From Nymphaea colorata (Eukaryota), in NCBI RefSeq assembly GCF_008831285.2, contig NC_045138.2, positions 5,394,001 through 5,458,000 on the forward strand: a stretch of 64,000 nt of DNA, given 5' to 3'. A program made the position numbers and the translations under genes. Under the pieces are notes generated by a model that ran no database searches, was not told the origin of the DNA, and saw only the letters and a program-made list of their open reading frames with translations. Within the stretch, counting starts at the first letter, position 1. Each line of letters begins with the position of its first letter. This document shows positions 60,747-64,000 of the stretch, piece by piece.

Positions 60747-62094
60747 ATGGATGAAATATTCACAGTTATCATTATTCTTATTATGTGGTTGATGATGAAA
60801 CGCTTGAAAGCTCAAAGTAGACGTACTAGAAATTTAGTACATACTAATCGACTAGCATGAGCCCAATTTGTGCATGACTCTAAGCACGAACACCCAAGAA
60901 ATTGTTTAGATCTATTAGGAGTAGATCAACGAGCATATGCATTATTATGCAATTTGCTAAAAAGTAGAGAGTTATTGTGTGATGCAAGAAAAATCACAAT
61001 TGAAGAACAAGTAGCGATGTTTCTCGTTACTTTGGGATATGATCAACGAAATCAACGAACCCAATATGATTTTCAGCACTCAGGACAAACAATTAGTAAG
61101 TACTTCAACTTAGTTTTGACAGCAATTCTTTGTATTGCACATGAATACGTGGGAAATGGAGAGGATACTACACCAGCTCGCGTTAGAGGAGATCCACGTT
61201 TCTTTCCATATTTTAAGGTAAACAACTATAATCCATAATAGATATAGTCAACATTTTTATTTATGTTAAAACATTTAGAATACTAACACATATTACGTAT
61301 CAACAAGATTGTTTGGGAGCAATTGATGATACACACATTCCAGTATATTTTTGAAGAGATTGCCAAAATCGTTGGCGAAATAGAAAAATGTTCTTATCTC
61401 AAAATGTTTTAGTCGCGGTGGGATTCGATATGCGGTTTCACTACACACTAGCCGGTTGGGAAGAAAGTGCAACTGATGCAAGATTATTGTATAGTGCACT
61501 AGAAGATAATCTTCATCCACTAGAAATTCGAAATGGTAAGAAAATAAAGATTCATGATTTAAATTTACTATCATTAATTTAATTGTTTGACCGACAAAAC
61601 ACATATTATTGGTTATGAAATAGGTAAATATTATCTTGCTGATGCTGGATACCCAAATATTGTCTGATTATTAACTCCATATAGAAGATGTCAGTACCCT
61701 ATCAGAGTTTAATGTGTCTGGATCTAGGCAAATTGAGACAAAAGAAGAATTGTACAACTGTAGACATTCATCTTTGCGCACTACTGTGGTGAGAGTGTTT
61801 GGTTTGCTTAAGGCAAGGTTTCCGATTTTGAAGAATCATGTGTCATATCCAATATCCACTCAAGTTAAAGTTGTACAAGCAACATGTGTTCTTCGTCATT
61901 TTATAATCAACCACAATCCAAATGCTGAACAATTTTCTTCTGATGATATAAATGATAGTGAAGTAAGTGACATTATAAATGATGATGAAAGTACTGAACA
62001 AACATAAATACATGGTAGCAACAATGAACTTTGTGAGGAGATTACTTCAACAATGTGGAATGACTATGTTTCAAGTAAGATATTGATTGTGTAA
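60747..62094 (+). pseudogene. Harbinger DDE transposase pseudogene (right arm)
   Basis: IEEQVAMFLVTLG, QHSGQTISKYF, CLGAIDDTHI, AGWEESATDAR, YYLADAGYP and VFGLLKARFPIL, with introns at ~61218-61307 and ~61536-61623 and premature stops. Confidence 0.85.
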
Positions 62095-64000
62095 CATTCT
62101 CAATATATTATATGTCATTGTTTTAATTATACTTGATTATTTTAATACTTTATGGTGATAACCTAATTATTTGTTTGTCTTTTTAATTTCTGAAATGTAG
62201 GAACCAGACGGTGATGCATCTTTTCAAGTATTGCATGACCTCGACGAGAAGAGTAGTGTGCAGGACAAAAGACTAGTTATTTAGGAAGTTGTCATAGTTG
62301 TTTTTGTTTTATGGCTTACAACAATTAAATATTTTAAACAATTTGTACGAAACCATGGTGTTTTGGTTCATCAGTGGTGGTGAAGGCGTTGTCTGGGCAT
62401 GATTCTGCCCTAACATGATCATTTGGATGGTGGTTAGGTGCCTCTCTGTTACCATTGGAAGCAAGTTGACGATGGTGTCTTCCTCATTGTTGTCTACAAT
62501 GCTGTGATACATGCGAATATGTCAACGTTGTACTTTGCTTTTACATTCGATGTAATAATCTCTGCTTCATCTATCAGATACTTTTGTAATTGCTCGATAC
62601 TTGTTAATACTTGTTAACATTGATAGGGAAAATTGTGAGATGTCCGTTTTTATACTATAGCATTATGAAAGAATGATTCATTTTATGTCTAATTGAAAGC
62701 CTTTCTTGCTTGAACTGTAAAGATATTTGAAGAGATGTCATGTAGTGGCTAAGAGACTCGCCAGATCTCTTTCTTTCCATCATATTCTTCTTGTGAAAAT
62801 GTCAACTGTTCTTTCAGTTTTTCACAAAAGCTTTGTCACAACTGTGGTTGTGACATTCTGAACTGGTTTTTATGTATTTGATTAAATGTATGCTTTTACT
62901 CCTTACAAGAAGAGTTCATTTGAAATGCTTTCAGAACCGAGCACGCTCTTATATTTTTTGAGCATGTTCCTTCCAAAGTGATGTGAATGTTTCTTCCTTT
63001 GTTCATTGGTGTTTTGTATTGCTTCCTGATAAAAGGCTTCTTAATTTTTTGTTTTTTCTTATTTATTGCTATTGAAGTTGTACTTGTAAATAAAATATTC
63101 TCTGGAAATAAATACAAGAGATATTGAAATTGAAGGTTTCTTTCAGTATAAACGTCAGACATGATTAAACATCGAACAAAATGGATAGATCAGACAAGAC
63201 AAAAACAAACATCAGACAGGACGGACAAAACAGACAAAATAGACACACACGAAACAAACGCCGGACAAAAAGAACATAGTGTTCTGTTCCTAAAATCATC
63301 AAACGGTGGACAAGGAACACAATTGCCCATGAGGACAGGACAATGGTGTAATGGACAGGACGTCCTGTCTGTCCTGTCCCAATGGACAGCAATCAAACGA
63401 CCTTTAAAGGAACAGTATCGAACATTGTCACTTCGACAACATCAATAATAAGTTCCATAACCAGCACAGTTTTGTTAATATGTATAAAAAATGTGAAGCA
63501 TGACTAGATAGATCAGAATTTAACCCAATCCTGTCCAGACCAGTTCAAGTTCAAACCTTCTACTGTTTCATTTTCTGAGCTGAAGTACTGTATGAAACAC
63601 ATGCAAACCAAAATTCTTAGGATTCAAACCTCTAAGTCTGTACTCTACAGAGTTTCAGAACTTTCGCCAAAGCAACCTTTGTCCCAGTTTTAACATAATT
63701 CAGAGACAATGAGACACCAAAGCATAAAAAGCTAAATGGCTAGTTATATAGTGAACAGCTTCTGAACCCACCAAGTTCCTGAAGAACAGCCATTTTCTAG
63801 GACTCAAACACAGAATATTTAATTATATTCGGAGGTTTACATGTTTAAGTTAAGTTTTACTTCATAAAAGAAGATCCACATGTCACCTCATTCAAACAGG
63901 GTTCCAATAGCAATAGCTTGAAAGTAAGCATAGTGGACCCATTCTGGTCTCTAGATTCTTTTGCATCATTCATAAAAAGGAAGAGTAATTAAAACCTAAA

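Larger units (their letters stand above)
52095..63404. mobile_element. PIF/Harbinger composite with inverted arms 52095-55842 and 59404-63404
   Basis: Termini GAGGTCATTTGATTG and CAATCAAACGACCTT, each flanked by TAA. Mirrored ORFs (53443..53736 - vs 61714..62007 +; 52938..53141 + vs 62309..62512 -) and tgtcctgt subterminal repeats. Confidence 0.88.

Overview
Plant (angiosperm-type) nuclear DNA forming a repeat-rich disease-resistance locus. It holds two intact, tandemly duplicated MADA-type CC-NB-ARC-LRR genes on the minus strand (7824-11720, 22210-25971) and at least three collapsed NLR relics. One relic (35.5-36.6 kb) is folded into a long hairpin that looks like a young NLR-derived small-RNA precursor. 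A spliced potato-inhibitor-I family protease inhibitor gene (38255-39051, missed by the ORF track) has an atypical reactive loop and two pseudogene siblings. Mobile DNA includes two Gypsy solo LTRs of one family with intact 5-bp TSDs, a truncated Copia with short copied sequences at both junctions, LINE and hAT relics, MITEs, and an 11.3-kb PIF/Harbinger structure with two inverted ~3.8-4.0-kb arms between TAA trinucleotides. All calls were made by eye. Relic boundaries are approximate and no database searches were run.
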